DNA of 64,000 bases from an uncultured Nitrososphaerales archaeon. GTDB lineage: Archaea; Thermoproteota; Nitrososphaeria; Nitrososphaerales; Nitrososphaeraceae. This document shows positions 34,162-44,654 of the stretch, piece after piece. Under the pieces are notes generated by a model, which was not told the origin of the DNA, searched no databases, and was given only the letters and a program-made list of their open reading frames with translations. The stretch's first letter is position 1. Each line of letters begins with the position of its first letter. The position numbers were made by a program, and so were the translations under genes. Location of the stretch: positions 1-64,000 of the forward strand of contig CAWJCY010000008.1 in NCBI GenBank assembly GCA_963841565.1. Reading direction: 5' to 3'.

Positions 34162-34298
34162 TGCATCAATTTAGCTCATCTTTTATAAAAAACGTTGGTG
34201 TTTTGTGTAATTTAATGAATCAAATACGTTAAATAACTCTGGTGTAATTAAACAAGTACAATGTATTCCCCGGGAATGGATACATAGGAGACACTTTC

Positions 34299-34874
34299 AT
34301 GAAGACAGCTACCAAAAGACGAAAATCTGCTACCGAAGGAGTAACTTTCAGACTTCCCTCAGATAACCTTGAGCAATTATGCAAGGAAGCCGAAACAAGA
34401 CAGATTAGCGTCAATACGCTTGTAAACCAAATCATTAATGAACACCTTGATTGGCATCTGTACGCTGCTCAAGCTAAACTGTATTATGTACCAAAACCTT
34501 TCATATCAAGAGTTCTTGAAAAGTTTAACGAACAACAACTAGCTGATTTGGCGGAAGCGAGCGCGAAGAAGGATTTTGTGGACATTGGGTTGCTATTGCG
34601 GGGAGAATTTACGATATCCTCCTTCCTGAGCATCTTGGAAAACTGGTCTAGAATTTCAGACATACCTTACAGGACCGAAGAAAATGATACTACCCAAAAG
34701 ATCATAATTGAGCATAACATGGGGTCAAAGTACTCTTATCTATTCAAGGAGATTTACAGGCGTTTGTTAGAAAACTCATTTGAAACAAAGACGGAATTTG
34801 ATATCACTGATAACACAATAGTTCTAACATTCGATAAAGAAGCACGTCCTTTGGAGAAGGAGACTGAATGTTAA
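34299..34874 (+). CDS. Ribbon-helix-helix regulator with C-terminal domain, Nitrososphaerota type
   Basis: VTFRL...L..EA....SVNTLVNQI RHH pattern; IEHNMG.KYS. Confidence 0.75.
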   Translation: MKTATKRRKSATEGVTFRLPSDNLEQLCKEAETRQISVNTLVNQIINEHLDWHLYAAQAKLYYVPKPFISRVLEKFNEQQLADLAEASAKKDFVDIGLLLRGEFTISSFLSILENWSRISDIPYRTEENDTTQKIIIEHNMGSKYSYLFKEIYRRLLENSFETKTEFDITDNTIVLTFDKEARPLEKETEC

Positions 34875-35152
34875 ATACCAAATCTCTTGATTAGTGGGAG
34901 AATTCCCAATGTGAAATTTTAATAAATGCTTTTTTCATTAAACGAACGATTTTGACCTTGAGTTGATGTTGCGAGGATATTATTTCAAAGATTTTTTCGA
35001 GTACTTAAGTTGTCAGGTTCGACGAGAGGAGACTTAATCATCCCCATCTATTTACAAAAATAGAATTGCACTTTACTAACCATGGTAAACAAGATTGAAA
35101 ATACAAAAGAAAAGGAAAATTAACTCATACAGTAACCTTTATTACGCATACT

Positions 35153-35452
35153 CTAGTCGAGTTTTTCTTTTACTTTCTCTTTCTGGTACTCCGTTTCTGT
35201 ATCTTTGTCGGGATCCTTTGCTTTGTTAAATACAGCTTTTGCTCCTGCTTTTAGTTTGTCTTTGACATCTTTGGCACCTTCTTTTACTTCGTGACCGACA
35301 TCTTTGGCACCTTCTTTTACTTCATGACCAGCATCTTTGGCACCTTCTTTTACTTCATGACCAGCATCTTCGACATCATCTTTTGCATCATCATTAGTAT
35401 CCACTTCATATTTTGTTTCTTTCTTTACCTCAAATTCGCCCATTTTCTTCAT
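35153..35452 (-). CDS. LEA-like hydrophilin with 11-mer repeats
   Basis: (DAGHEVKEGAK)x3; highly charged; no Cys or Trp. Confidence 0.8.
   Translation of the reverse strand: MKKMGEFEVKKETKYEVDTNDDAKDDVEDAGHEVKEGAKDAGHEVKEGAKDVGHEVKEGAKDVKDKLKAGAKAVFNKAKDPDKDTETEYQKEKVKEKLD
35264..35370. repeat. 33-bp tandem repeat x3.2
   Basis: Unit (GA/AG)CATCTTTGGCACCTTCTTTTACTTC(G/A)TGACC. Confidence 0.95.
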
Positions 35453-35614
35453 TCATTAATACTCAACATTCTATTTATAACTTGTAAAATTTAGTGCCTA
35501 TGTATCTATCAGACCAATTTTTTAACAAATTATGATAGACTCAACCGGGTTGATTGCTTTGCCTTCATAAGTAATGCTATTTATATTTTGTTCACTAAAT
35601 GTAAGATACAATAA

Positions 35615-36127
35615 ATGAAAAACATGTTTGAATCAAGAAAACTGCCTTATGTAGCCTTTTTGACTTTAACGGTAGCGGTAGTGACATCATTAACCTATGG
35701 AACCGAGACCCAAACACCCCAAAACGTGGTTGCTCAGAACGAATCTGCTGATAGTGCTCAACTGCAGACGGCAAACGTAACTGGAGAACTTACAAAGCCA
35801 GCCGGTGGTAATCCATATGGCGGAGAGAAGATCGGGGATATCACAATATCGTCAGATGGACATCAGACAGATATCAAGGGATTGGTCAGTGCATCTCCAG
35901 CAGAGGGAAATGTTTATGAGGCTTGGCTAGATGATGCCGGAGGATCAGAATACAAACTTAGTTTAGGACAGCTCAACGAAAACGGAACAATAAATGTAAG
36001 CCAACACATGGTCAATCCATTTACATACACTATATTCTTCGTAACTGAAGAACCACAGGATGATGTAGATCCTAATTCGGCTGACGCCATAGCAGGAGTC
36101 CAATTAAAAGCTCCATTTGGGCAATAA
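35615..36127 (+). CDS. Secreted protein with RskA (anti-sigma-K) C-terminal-like domain
   Basis: Signal peptide; VYEAWL...SLG.L...VTEEP pattern. Confidence 0.65.
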   Translation: MKNMFESRKLPYVAFLTLTVAVVTSLTYGTETQTPQNVVAQNESADSAQLQTANVTGELTKPAGGNPYGGEKIGDITISSDGHQTDIKGLVSASPAEGNVYEAWLDDAGGSEYKLSLGQLNENGTINVSQHMVNPFTYTIFFVTEEPQDDVDPNSADAIAGVQLKAPFGQ

Positions 36128-36140
36128 CATAACTTACGTC

Positions 36141-36150
36141 CTTTTTTTTA
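36141..36150 (+). terminator. Archaeal oligo-T terminator
   Basis: T8 tract ~15 nt after the stop of 35615-36127. Confidence 0.4.
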
Positions 36151-36258
36151 TTGGCAAATCATATTCCTAATTTTAAGAAAATACTGCTGTATTGCTATAC
36201 GAAATTCGACTTGATCGATCAACCAAACGATATACATGGAATAAAATTTCAGATGTAC

Positions 36259-38035
36259 TCAGAAGAGGGAAAATTTGCTTCCTCCTTTTGCCTTAGGATA
36301 GGGAGGGGGAAGATTCATTTCCTCGAAGTTGTAATAGTAGAGATGACCTATAATGTTACTCTTATGTGAAACGCTGGAACCATTGTGCTCTGCTATCTTC
36401 TTCCAGATGTCAAATCCACTATCAAAGTCCTCAATATTTGAGTAGTTAGCATATGAAAAAGACTCAAATTTTCGCCTTGGTGCCTGACAAGTTTTTAGTC
36501 TTTTCGCGGCTGTTCTCCAGGTGTCTAGTGGTCGAATTTTCGGGCTTTTTAAGCAATCCAATATGCTCACACCAAAGTCGTATCCTTAGTTCTTTAGCCA
36601 GCGAACTAGAAGTGATTCCAATATTAACCTCAGTTGAATCTTTGAATCCATTTTTGTCTGTATTTGCTGATCCAACTGTAATCCATTTATCATCCACTAT
36701 CAAAAGCTTTGAATGCACGTAAATTTGACGCAGTTTTTTGGTTTTCTTATCTTGGCACACAAGGGAATAAGTTCCCACCCGTCTGCCAGAGTCTCCTGCA
36801 TCCCTTATCCACTGTAAATGTTCGTTGACATCATTTACACTAGTCTTTGATAATATACTGCCTATCAACCCTGGGAGATTGGGCTCCATCGGACCAACTA
36901 TAATGACTTTCAGGTTCTTTTGTTCTTGCAGTCTTTTGCAAAGAATTCTTGTAATGAACTCATTCTGAAACGGAAATTGGTTTTCAATATAAATTGAAGC
37001 CTTAGCTTTTCGGATAGTATTACTATACCAAGATAAGATACCTCCATCTCTATCAATTCCTTCCCATGTACGTAATGCTACTGCTTTGGTATTTCCATCA
37101 TCTCCTCCATATAGAAAATTTGCTGGCTTCAGATCCATAGCCCGGATCCTGTTTTCATCTTTGACTTCGTGATAGACCCATCTTTGATTGAAATGATAAG
37201 CCAAATCCCACACGATAGGGCCTTTTATCATGACATGGAGGTCATGCCAGGGCTCGGAATCCTGATCTCGATGCGGATCATTGTAATCGTGTTTGCTTGT
37301 GTCCCATTTACCTCTGGATAGATCAAATCCTCCGCAGAATCCTATCTTATTATCGATTACAATTATTTTTTCATGGTGAGCTGAAGACAGAGTAGGTGAA
37401 GTGTTATCTATCTTAACAACCAGCTTCTGTTCTATTCCATATTTTTTTACAAGTTTATTTAATATCTCAACCTCCTGAGCTCTCCCATCAAGCCCTCTTT
37501 CATCAGCCCCTGGCAATATGCGAAGCGGTAGCCGTGGTTGCCACACAATAATTCTTACTATTGCCCCCTTCCTAGCTTTCTCAATTATCAGTTCTTGGAA
37601 TCGTTTATACGCTTGCCTGCCTTTGAGGCGTCGCTCAGAAGTTGTGATATTAGTTACAAGAGAGTTAGGATTTTGACGACTTTTTGCAGAACTAGAAATT
37701 GATAAAGCTTGATCCCTTTCTTCTAGGGATTTCGGATCAACCCTGACACTTTCTTTGACAGACCTGAAGGATTTTGAATTAGAATTACGGGAATGTCCAT
37801 TGATAGCAATACTAGTAGTATAATCATTCAATTTACCAGCACTAGATCCCTCTCGAACACAATTCAGAGAAGGATCAAGGTCATATCCAGCTATGTAAAT
37901 AGAACTCTCAGCTTCCGAAATGGCATCATAAATTTGCTTAAATGTGTCCTCACCATCGACAGTGAAGACTATCTTATTTCCGTACGTGATTTCCCCGAAG
38001 CGCCTCCTCTCGATGGGAGCATGCATACGCTTCAT
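36259..38035 (-). CDS. Phospholipase D / cardiolipin-synthase-like protein, frameshift near C-terminus
   Basis: Two HKD motifs (HHEKIIVID, VHSKLLIVDD), GSAN, PWHD and IYIENQF; tail continues in the frame of ORF 36259-36570. Confidence 0.88.
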
Positions 38036-38337
38036 GGTTCCACGTTTGCAAACAAATTCTTATTATATATCATGCATTTTCTCCTGACCAGTACAAACAG
38101 CTATCATACCATAACTAAACAGTCCTGTCATCCTCCTAAGTGAGCCTGACTAGCGCATATCCACCGTTACATACTATATTAGGTTTGGCTCGACCGTATT
38201 TCATCAGGCTTGTTAACGCCCGAGGTTAATCAAAATCGCGTCAAATACCACACAAGTGTGGATTGCAAGAATTAACAACATGTTAAGAGCAAAATAAAAA
38301 AAGATAATTGAGTTAGAGTATAAAGAGATTATTGGCC

Positions 38338-38700
38338 CTACTTTTCTCCGCCTTCATTAAAGAACTCTTGTACGCCTTTAAGGGCTTCTCCTGTTTTGTT
38401 TCCCACTGCTTGTAAACCTTCACCAGTTTTATTTCCGACTGTTTGTAATGCTTCTCCTGTTTGGTTTCCAGCAGTCTGCATAGCTTCACCTGTTTGGTTT
38501 CCAGCAGTCTGCATAGCTTCACCTGTTTGGTTTCCAGCAGTCTGCATAGCTTCACCTGTTTGGTTTCCAGCAGTCTGGTTTCCAGCAGTCTGGTTTCCAG
38601 CAGTCTGATTCGATCCTTGAGCGAACAACAGATCTGGAACTGACACAGCAGAAAAGAGCCCCGCGAACAATACCAACACTCCTATTGTACTATATTTCAT
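38338..38700 (-). CDS. Secreted repeat protein (11-mer QTAGNQTGEAM)
   Basis: Signal peptide MKYSTIG...AQ; repeated NQT/NKT sequons. Confidence 0.8.
   Translation of the reverse strand: MKYSTIGVLVLFAGLFSAVSVPDLLFAQGSNQTAGNQTAGNQTAGNQTGEAMQTAGNQTGEAMQTAGNQTGEAMQTAGNQTGEALQTVGNKTGEGLQAVGNKTGEALKGVQEFFNEGGEK
38385..38607. repeat. 33-bp and 15-bp tandem repeats
   Basis: CCTGTTTGGTTTCCAGCAGTCTGCATAGCTTCA x3 plus degenerate copies; TGGTTTCCAGCAGTC x3. Confidence 0.95.
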
Positions 38701-39125
38701 TTTGCTTGTGACCATATTACAATCAATAATGTAACTTACGCTATAACCTTTTCTTTTTGTCCGAACAGCATATTTTATTCTTCTATGTCCGATCACCTTA
38801 CTTTTTCCGCTGCCATAAGACGAGAAGTACTCGGATTCTCAACCTATAGGACACATCTTTGGTTCTTTCGTCCAGGCTGCAATGGGGTGCCGCAACCATG
38901 AACCACCCTCTCCCAACGTTAAAAGTGAATTCATGATCCGAATATTTGTGGAATCCGCATTCCGAGCCCAGCAACGCAATAATATCCCCAAAAAAGGCGC
39001 CCATTTGCTCTCAGCAAAATGAAATGCTTCCGGTGAATTTTTTTACTTCGTGGTGAGTGATCCACAAAAATTGTGACGGGAAGTGTCAATCGATTCACGA
39101 TGTTTGATTTCATGATTGCAGAAAA

Positions 39126-39548
39126 TTATCTAAAATCTCTTATGTTTTTATAATTCTCAACAACACGAACACTCTCGTCAAGATTTGAACTATATTCTCC
39201 ATCTTTCCCTGCGGGAGAACCCTTAAATTTTTCAAAGTCCTTTGTATATTGCTCAGATGACGGGGCTTCCTTAAATTCTCCTTCCTTTTCTCCATATTTA
39301 AACCGCTCAAGAACTTCTTGCTCGCTTATTAGGAGCCAGAGCGTGTGGCCGTCATAAGCATCTCCTACGTATTTCGGAACCCAGAAGCTGTCCTTTCTTA
39401 CTGTCCCCTTTTCTACCTTTACGTAGTTCTGTGAAAACTCTTTAATCTCGCCTAATTCCTTCCCGTCATTGGTTTTTACTTTTTTTCCTTTGAGGACATC
39501 CCATAGCACACTCGGACCTCCCCCACTATTACTACTACTCGAAGACAT
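39126..39548 (-). CDS. DUF2171/PRC-barrel-like protein
   Basis: WDVLKGKKVKTNDGKELGEI...VEKG...FWVPKY...AYDG. Confidence 0.75.
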   Translation of the reverse strand: MSSSSSNSGGGPSVLWDVLKGKKVKTNDGKELGEIKEFSQNYVKVEKGTVRKDSFWVPKYVGDAYDGHTLWLLISEQEVLERFKYGEKEGEFKEAPSSEQYTKDFEKFKGSPAGKDGEYSSNLDESVRVVENYKNIRDFR

Positions 39549-39668
39549 ATTTTTGAACTATATAGTGCATAATAGAACAAAAAGGTATTCATTTGATAAA
39601 TTGGTGTTTACGTGTTCTGTGCAAAGCAATATATCTTTTGTTGCATAATAACCAATTAGCAAATAGAA

Positions 39669-40721
39669 TTGGGAATCAATGTTATCTCTTGGGATACAGT
39701 TATTGATAAGAAAGTAAAGTCGAGCGACGATCAGGATTTGGGAAAAGTCCATACTATTACTAAGGATTTTGTGCAGACAAAAGAAGGTTTGGTTTCAAAG
39801 AATTATTACTTTATCCCGAAGTATTATGTGCAAGGTTACGATGGTGAACATGTTTGGGTCTCTTTAACTAAAGATGACGTGAAGACGAAATTTGAGAGGG
39901 ATAACGCTCCTACTGATTTGAAGGGGTTCTTGCCAGAAGGATATGACGAGAAACGAGATGCCACAATTAAAGAATATCCTGAATTCGAGAACCAGGTACC
40001 TTCATTTTCTCCTGTCGGCAAGAGTTCAAGTGATATTACTTCTCAGAAAGAGAAACTAATGATGCCCTGGCAGGACGTTATTGGTAAGAAGGTCAAATCT
40101 ATTGACGAGCATGACATAGGTGAAATTAAGAGTGCATTCTCTTCATTCATAGAAGTTGAAGATGGTATCCTAAGAAAGGATCGGTACTATATTCCAAAAT
40201 ACTATATTGAAGGCTTCGATAACGAAAACCATGTTATCTCCTCACTTACCAAGGAAGATATAAAGGAGAAGTATAAACGAAACGGCCCACCGTTAGAATC
40301 AGAGCTGGATACACAAGAATATCTCCAGAGAAAGCAAGCTCAAGATGAAAAGCATCCCCAGGTCTTTGTAAACGGAATTCCGTTTATGGCCAAAGAACCT
40401 GGTGTGTTGTTGGAAAGCAAAAAAACCGGAGAAACTCTGAGCATCCCATGGGAAGAGGTCATCTTCAAGAGAGTAAAAACTTCAGATGATGTGGATATTG
40501 GGGACATAGAGACGGTAGCGAATGAATATATAGTTGTGAGAGAAGGGGTGGGTAAAATACGGCGTTACTATATACCAAAATCACAAATTAATAATTATGA
40601 CGGCAGTGCTCTTTACGTAGCTGTGCCCGGTGGCCTAGTCAGTGCCAAATTCGAGCGAGAGTCTCCTCCAACGCCAGAGGAAGTAAAGGCATTAACTGAG
40701 GACAGACCAAACCTTACTTGA
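39669..40721 (+). CDS. Protein with three tandem DUF2171/PRC-barrel-like domains
   Basis: Three W..VI.K.VK(S/T).D..D.G...EG...Y.IPK...(G/N)(Y/F)D repeats, each followed by K(F/Y).R..(A/P)P. Confidence 0.8.
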   Translation: MGINVISWDTVIDKKVKSSDDQDLGKVHTITKDFVQTKEGLVSKNYYFIPKYYVQGYDGEHVWVSLTKDDVKTKFERDNAPTDLKGFLPEGYDEKRDATIKEYPEFENQVPSFSPVGKSSSDITSQKEKLMMPWQDVIGKKVKSIDEHDIGEIKSAFSSFIEVEDGILRKDRYYIPKYYIEGFDNENHVISSLTKEDIKEKYKRNGPPLESELDTQEYLQRKQAQDEKHPQVFVNGIPFMAKEPGVLLESKKTGETLSIPWEEVIFKRVKTSDDVDIGDIETVANEYIVVREGVGKIRRYYIPKSQINNYDGSALYVAVPGGLVSAKFERESPPTPEEVKALTEDRPNLT

Positions 40722-40886
40722 ATGAATACATAATCCTGTGGCGTGCCCATGACAGGCAAGCAAATCCGATTTTTCCCTCTCTCTTTGAAGGACCGATATA
40801 AACACTACACAAGATAACAGCATCTGACGTATAATAAACCGATGACTAAGGTTCGCTGCAGAATGTATACTTTTTAACATGGTCTA

Positions 40887-40900
40887 GAATACCTTTAAAT
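40887..40900 (+). promoter_or_regulatory. BRE/TATA promoter
   Basis: GAATACCTTTAAAT ~20-30 bp upstream of 40919; GAATACCTTT also lies upstream of 39548 on the minus strand (39581-39590). Confidence 0.45.
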
Positions 40901-40918
40901 CGTTAATAGCTCGATCAG

Positions 40919-41182
40919 ATGATAATGGTGAAAGGACAAGACCTACAAATTCTCGGTATCGTTGCTAAATTGGCACATAATGACGTCAACAAAGAGGTCC
41001 TCGAAACAGACATAATTGCGCTAAGTGAACTTTCAGAGTCCGAAGTGAGGAATCACCTGAATGAACTGGAATGGCTGCATTTAACAAAAGAGGCATCACC
41101 CAATGCTAGTCGTGCAGAATTTAGGTTGTGGAATGTAACAGAGAAAGGGTTGCAGGAATTGTCCAGTAAAGAATCTGGTTAG
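40919..41182 (+). CDS. Small winged-helix protein
   Basis: LS.SEV..HL.EL helix-turn-helix and VTEKG wing motif. Confidence 0.65.
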   Translation: MIMVKGQDLQILGIVAKLAHNDVNKEVLETDIIALSELSESEVRNHLNELEWLHLTKEASPNASRAEFRLWNVTEKGLQELSSKESG

Positions 41183-41293
41183 CTTCAGTTTTGCCCAGAT
41201 ATATTATTCATTAATCATTTATTCTATCAAGATTGAGTAGGGAAACCTATATAGCATTTGGTCCCTAGTGTAGTAGTATGAGAGGAATCAGAA

Positions 41294-41611
41294 TTGAGTG
41301 AAGACTTTGTAAGGGTTGCTGAAACAAAGGACATCCAATCATCTAGTATGAAAGCATACGACTTGGCAGGCGAGAAAGTCTGTATTGTTAATGTAGAAGG
41401 AAACTACTATGCTATTGGAAATGTATGTACTCATCTTGGTGGACCACTAAATGAAGGTACGCTTGAAGGATATAATGTGGAATGTCCTTGGCATGGCTCT
41501 AAGTTTGATGTTAGGACAGGGGAGCCAACTAAGCCTCCAGCACAGCAGCCAGTTCCATCCTATGAGGTAAAGGTAGAAGGCAACAATATACTACTTAGAA
41601 AACATCATTGA
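41294..41611 (+). CDS. Rieske [2Fe-2S] ferredoxin
   Basis: CTH...CPWHGSKFD. Confidence 0.93.
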   Translation: MSEDFVRVAETKDIQSSSMKAYDLAGEKVCIVNVEGNYYAIGNVCTHLGGPLNEGTLEGYNVECPWHGSKFDVRTGEPTKPPAQQPVPSYEVKVEGNNILLRKHH

Positions 41612-41877
41612 TTACGAATATTCTAAACATTGAGGATGGAAGAAAAGAGAAATAGTAACAATGTAGATAACAGATGCGCAAGGGTTTTTCTGGAATACAC
41701 CATGTAAGAGCAGGAACCAGTAACCCACAAAGTAAGATAGATTTCCATATCAGTATTTTGGGACTTTGATTAGTAGAATTAACTGTAAGATGACCCTTGA
41801 TAAAAAATTTAAATGTCTTAAATCTGGATGCTCAGTAGAGAGAAATACTTAACAGCAAGCCACTAAATAGTTATCCA

Positions 41878-43179
41878 ATGTCAAATGAATTCGATAGTTC
41901 AGATGTAATAATTATTGGAGGAGGGCTTGCAGGTCTTACTACTGCTGCGCTGCTTGCACGTTCTGGAAAAACAGTAACGTTATTTGAACGATCATCTAAA
42001 GAAATAGGAGGTCGTGCAAGGACTACAGAAGTAGATGGTTTTTACCTTAATCAAGGACCACACGCTCTATTTCTCACTGATGCAGCAGACTCAATTTTAA
42101 AAGAGATTGGCATCACTTTTACTGGAGGCACTGCTGGAGGGAAAGGGAAATCTTATTTAATAAGTGGTAGCAGGAAACGTGAAGTTCCGGGCGATTATGG
42201 TAGCTGGCTATCTTCTGGGAAGGGTGATGGCACTTTAGTGGAAACAGATGGGAGTCGGTTCTTTAACTCACCTACCGAAATGGATTTCTCACAGTTAGAA
42301 GGAGTTACTGTAAAGGAATGGTTAGACAAGAATTTTCACGATACAAATGATGCTGAAATAATTAAGGCAATTTTGAGACTTAATACTTATGGAAATGATC
42401 CAGAGATTCAGAGCATAGGATCGGCGCTTCGCCAAATCTATGTGAGTAGTCGAGCGGGAGGAGTCATGTATGTGGATGGAGGCTGGCAGACATTTGTAGA
42501 CGGACTTCTAACAGTGGCCAAAAATGCAAAGGCAAGAATTGTCATGGACAAAAAAGCAATTAGCGTGAAAAGAACTGATTCTTCTGGATGGCAAGTTCTG
42601 TTATCTGACAAAACCCAAGTATCAGCAAAGATAGTTGTAATAGCGGCAGGTCCAATGGATGCTTATGGCCTCTTCGATGACAAAGAGAGACCAGAGGTGC
42701 TGTCCAAGGCAGCAAAGGAAGCAAAACCCGTACGCCTGGTGTGTATGGATGTTGCTCTTAGCAGTCTTCCAGACAAGGATGCATTGTTTGCTTTGGGGGT
42801 AGACCGTCCACTATATTTTTCGGTTCATTCCGCATATGCAAAGCTTGCTCCTGAGGGCGGGGCCCTAATCCATGTCGCAAAATATCTCGGTACTTCGATT
42901 GCACCTAAACCAAGAGAGGATCAGCCGGAGTTAGAGGAGCTCCTCGATTTAATGCAGCCAGGATGGAGAGAGGTGCTTGTTAAGAAGAGACCACTGCCCA
43001 GCATGGTGGTATCTAATGCTGTTGTTACTGCTGCAACAGGTGGATTAGCAGGAAGACCTGATGTAAGGATTGCAGACAATTTGTACATAGTAGGAGACTG
43101 GGTAGGCAAGGAGGGAATATTGTCTAATGCGTCAGTTGCAAGCGCAAAGCACGCTGCCCAGCTAATTTTGAATGAGTGA
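41878..43179 (+). CDS. FAD-dependent oxidoreductase (phytoene desaturase/amine oxidase-like)
   Basis: IIGGGLAGL, GGRART, NQGPHAL and VGDWVG motifs. Confidence 0.85.
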   Translation: MSNEFDSSDVIIIGGGLAGLTTAALLARSGKTVTLFERSSKEIGGRARTTEVDGFYLNQGPHALFLTDAADSILKEIGITFTGGTAGGKGKSYLISGSRKREVPGDYGSWLSSGKGDGTLVETDGSRFFNSPTEMDFSQLEGVTVKEWLDKNFHDTNDAEIIKAILRLNTYGNDPEIQSIGSALRQIYVSSRAGGVMYVDGGWQTFVDGLLTVAKNAKARIVMDKKAISVKRTDSSGWQVLLSDKTQVSAKIVVIAAGPMDAYGLFDDKERPEVLSKAAKEAKPVRLVCMDVALSSLPDKDALFALGVDRPLYFSVHSAYAKLAPEGGALIHVAKYLGTSIAPKPREDQPELEELLDLMQPGWREVLVKKRPLPSMVVSNAVVTAATGGLAGRPDVRIADNLYIVGDWVGKEGILSNASVASAKHAAQLILNE

Positions 43180-43442
43180 CTATTTTATCTTAATTAGACA
43201 ATCAATATCAAAGCGATAATGCTTACGACATGATGGCAAATTTTTTCATCTAAGTAAATATATTCTTCATCAAAACAGAACATCATACGTCTTATCTGGA
43301 ACCAAAATTTCTTATCCTTCTTGTTCCCCTAAATCGTAAAGTGAATTAAGGCAATCTATCTAGTTGATTATTTCCTGTAAAATCTCCTTGTATTTCAAAT
43401 AAGCAAGTATCAATACTGTTTTCTAAACAGGGCTGATGCTTT

Positions 43443-44654
43443 TCAAGAATTTAGAGTATAAACTTTGTAAGGCTTATCAGTCCCATAGTTGATATATTTC
43501 CATCGACCATCCGAGATCGATAACTCGTGAAATTCTCTCTGTAATTTGCGATCTAATGATTCATATACATTCTCTCCTATGGACACTTTATTTGCGCCTG
43601 TTAGAGAAGTTATCTTAGATGCTATATTCATGCTATATCCCAGTATGTCAATAGGTGAGTGTTGATCATAACCAAACTGAACAATTGCGTTTTCTCCTGC
43701 ATCTATACCTATCTTGGGGAAGAGTTCAGGATACCTGTATATTTTATGCAATATTACATTAATTTCCTCCTTGACCGCATTAATCATCGATTTCCCACAT
43801 TGAACTGACATGTCTGACGCATGATATTTTTTCTTATTATTAACACGATCTGGAAAAAATGAGATTACTCCATCGCCTGCATATTTCAAGACATATCCAC
43901 CATGACTATCTACAACATGTGACATTTGATGGGCGAAAGCTCTAATTATTGTAACAAGACTTTCTACGGGTAGGGTCATGCTCATTTTCGTTGAGCCGAC
44001 GAGATCGGCGTATATGATAATGAGCGGAATCTTGGAACTGATGTGATTAAGAAGAAAGTTTTGACCACGTCTTACTGAAGTATGAATCATCTTCGGCCAT
44101 AAGTTGTCAAGTATCAAAGGCGTATGTATTTTGTACCAATATACCATTGATTCTTCTTGCTGCATACTCTTTTCTAGTAAAGATATATTCTCATCCTGTC
44201 GCGGCATATCTGTCATTTGCATTTCCCGAATCAGCGATTCGTAAGCCACCAATTCATCATGTTTTAATGCAAAATCTCGTTTCATTTCTACTAATTCATA
44301 TTCTTCTGGAACAGAATCTTCTAGACCGTTATCTTCTGTATTTGATTTTACATTCTTTGGAAGATTATTTCCCATCGGCATCGTAGCAGACACGAATGAT
44401 AATGATAAGTCTGCTTTAACATCAGTTGGCTTTCCTCCTAATTTTATAATTATTCTTCTAAGCCTATTTTTTTGAATATGTGTTTCTTTCAAGTGCCGTT
44501 TTAGTCTTTGTTTTACTTCTTGTATAGGGGTCTGATCTATTCTTGATATTATTCTATCTACTGACGCATTTTCAGTAGATAATGCTTCATTTAGTTTGTC
44601 GATTAGCTCTGAAAGTAATTGAATCTTGTTATCATAGCTCTTTTTATAATACAA
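43443..44654 (-). CDS. Ferritin-like (DUF892-like) domain fused to class III adenylate/guanylate cyclase
   Basis: N-terminus: EN...HL.ET..Q..RL..I...LGG.P, E...YE.L, EE; C-terminus: YADLVGST, KYAGDG, IGID.G, DILG..MNIASK. Confidence 0.82.
   Translation of the reverse strand: MYYKKSYDNKIQLLSELIDKLNEALSTENASVDRIISRIDQTPIQEVKQRLKRHLKETHIQKNRLRRIIIKLGGKPTDVKADLSLSFVSATMPMGNNLPKNVKSNTEDNGLEDSVPEEYELVEMKRDFALKHDELVAYESLIREMQMTDMPRQDENISLLEKSMQQEESMVYWYKIHTPLILDNLWPKMIHTSVRRGQNFLLNHISSKIPLIIIYADLVGSTKMSMTLPVESLVTIIRAFAHQMSHVVDSHGGYVLKYAGDGVISFFPDRVNNKKKYHASDMSVQCGKSMINAVKEEINVILHKIYRYPELFPKIGIDAGENAIVQFGYDQHSPIDILGYSMNIASKITSLTGANKVSIGENVYESLDRKLQREFHELSISDGRWKYINYGTDKPYKVYTLNS

Noticed and set aside
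35264-38607. 33-bp tandem repeats as CRISPR or non-coding arrays
   Set aside because: No spacers; they are in-frame coding repeats
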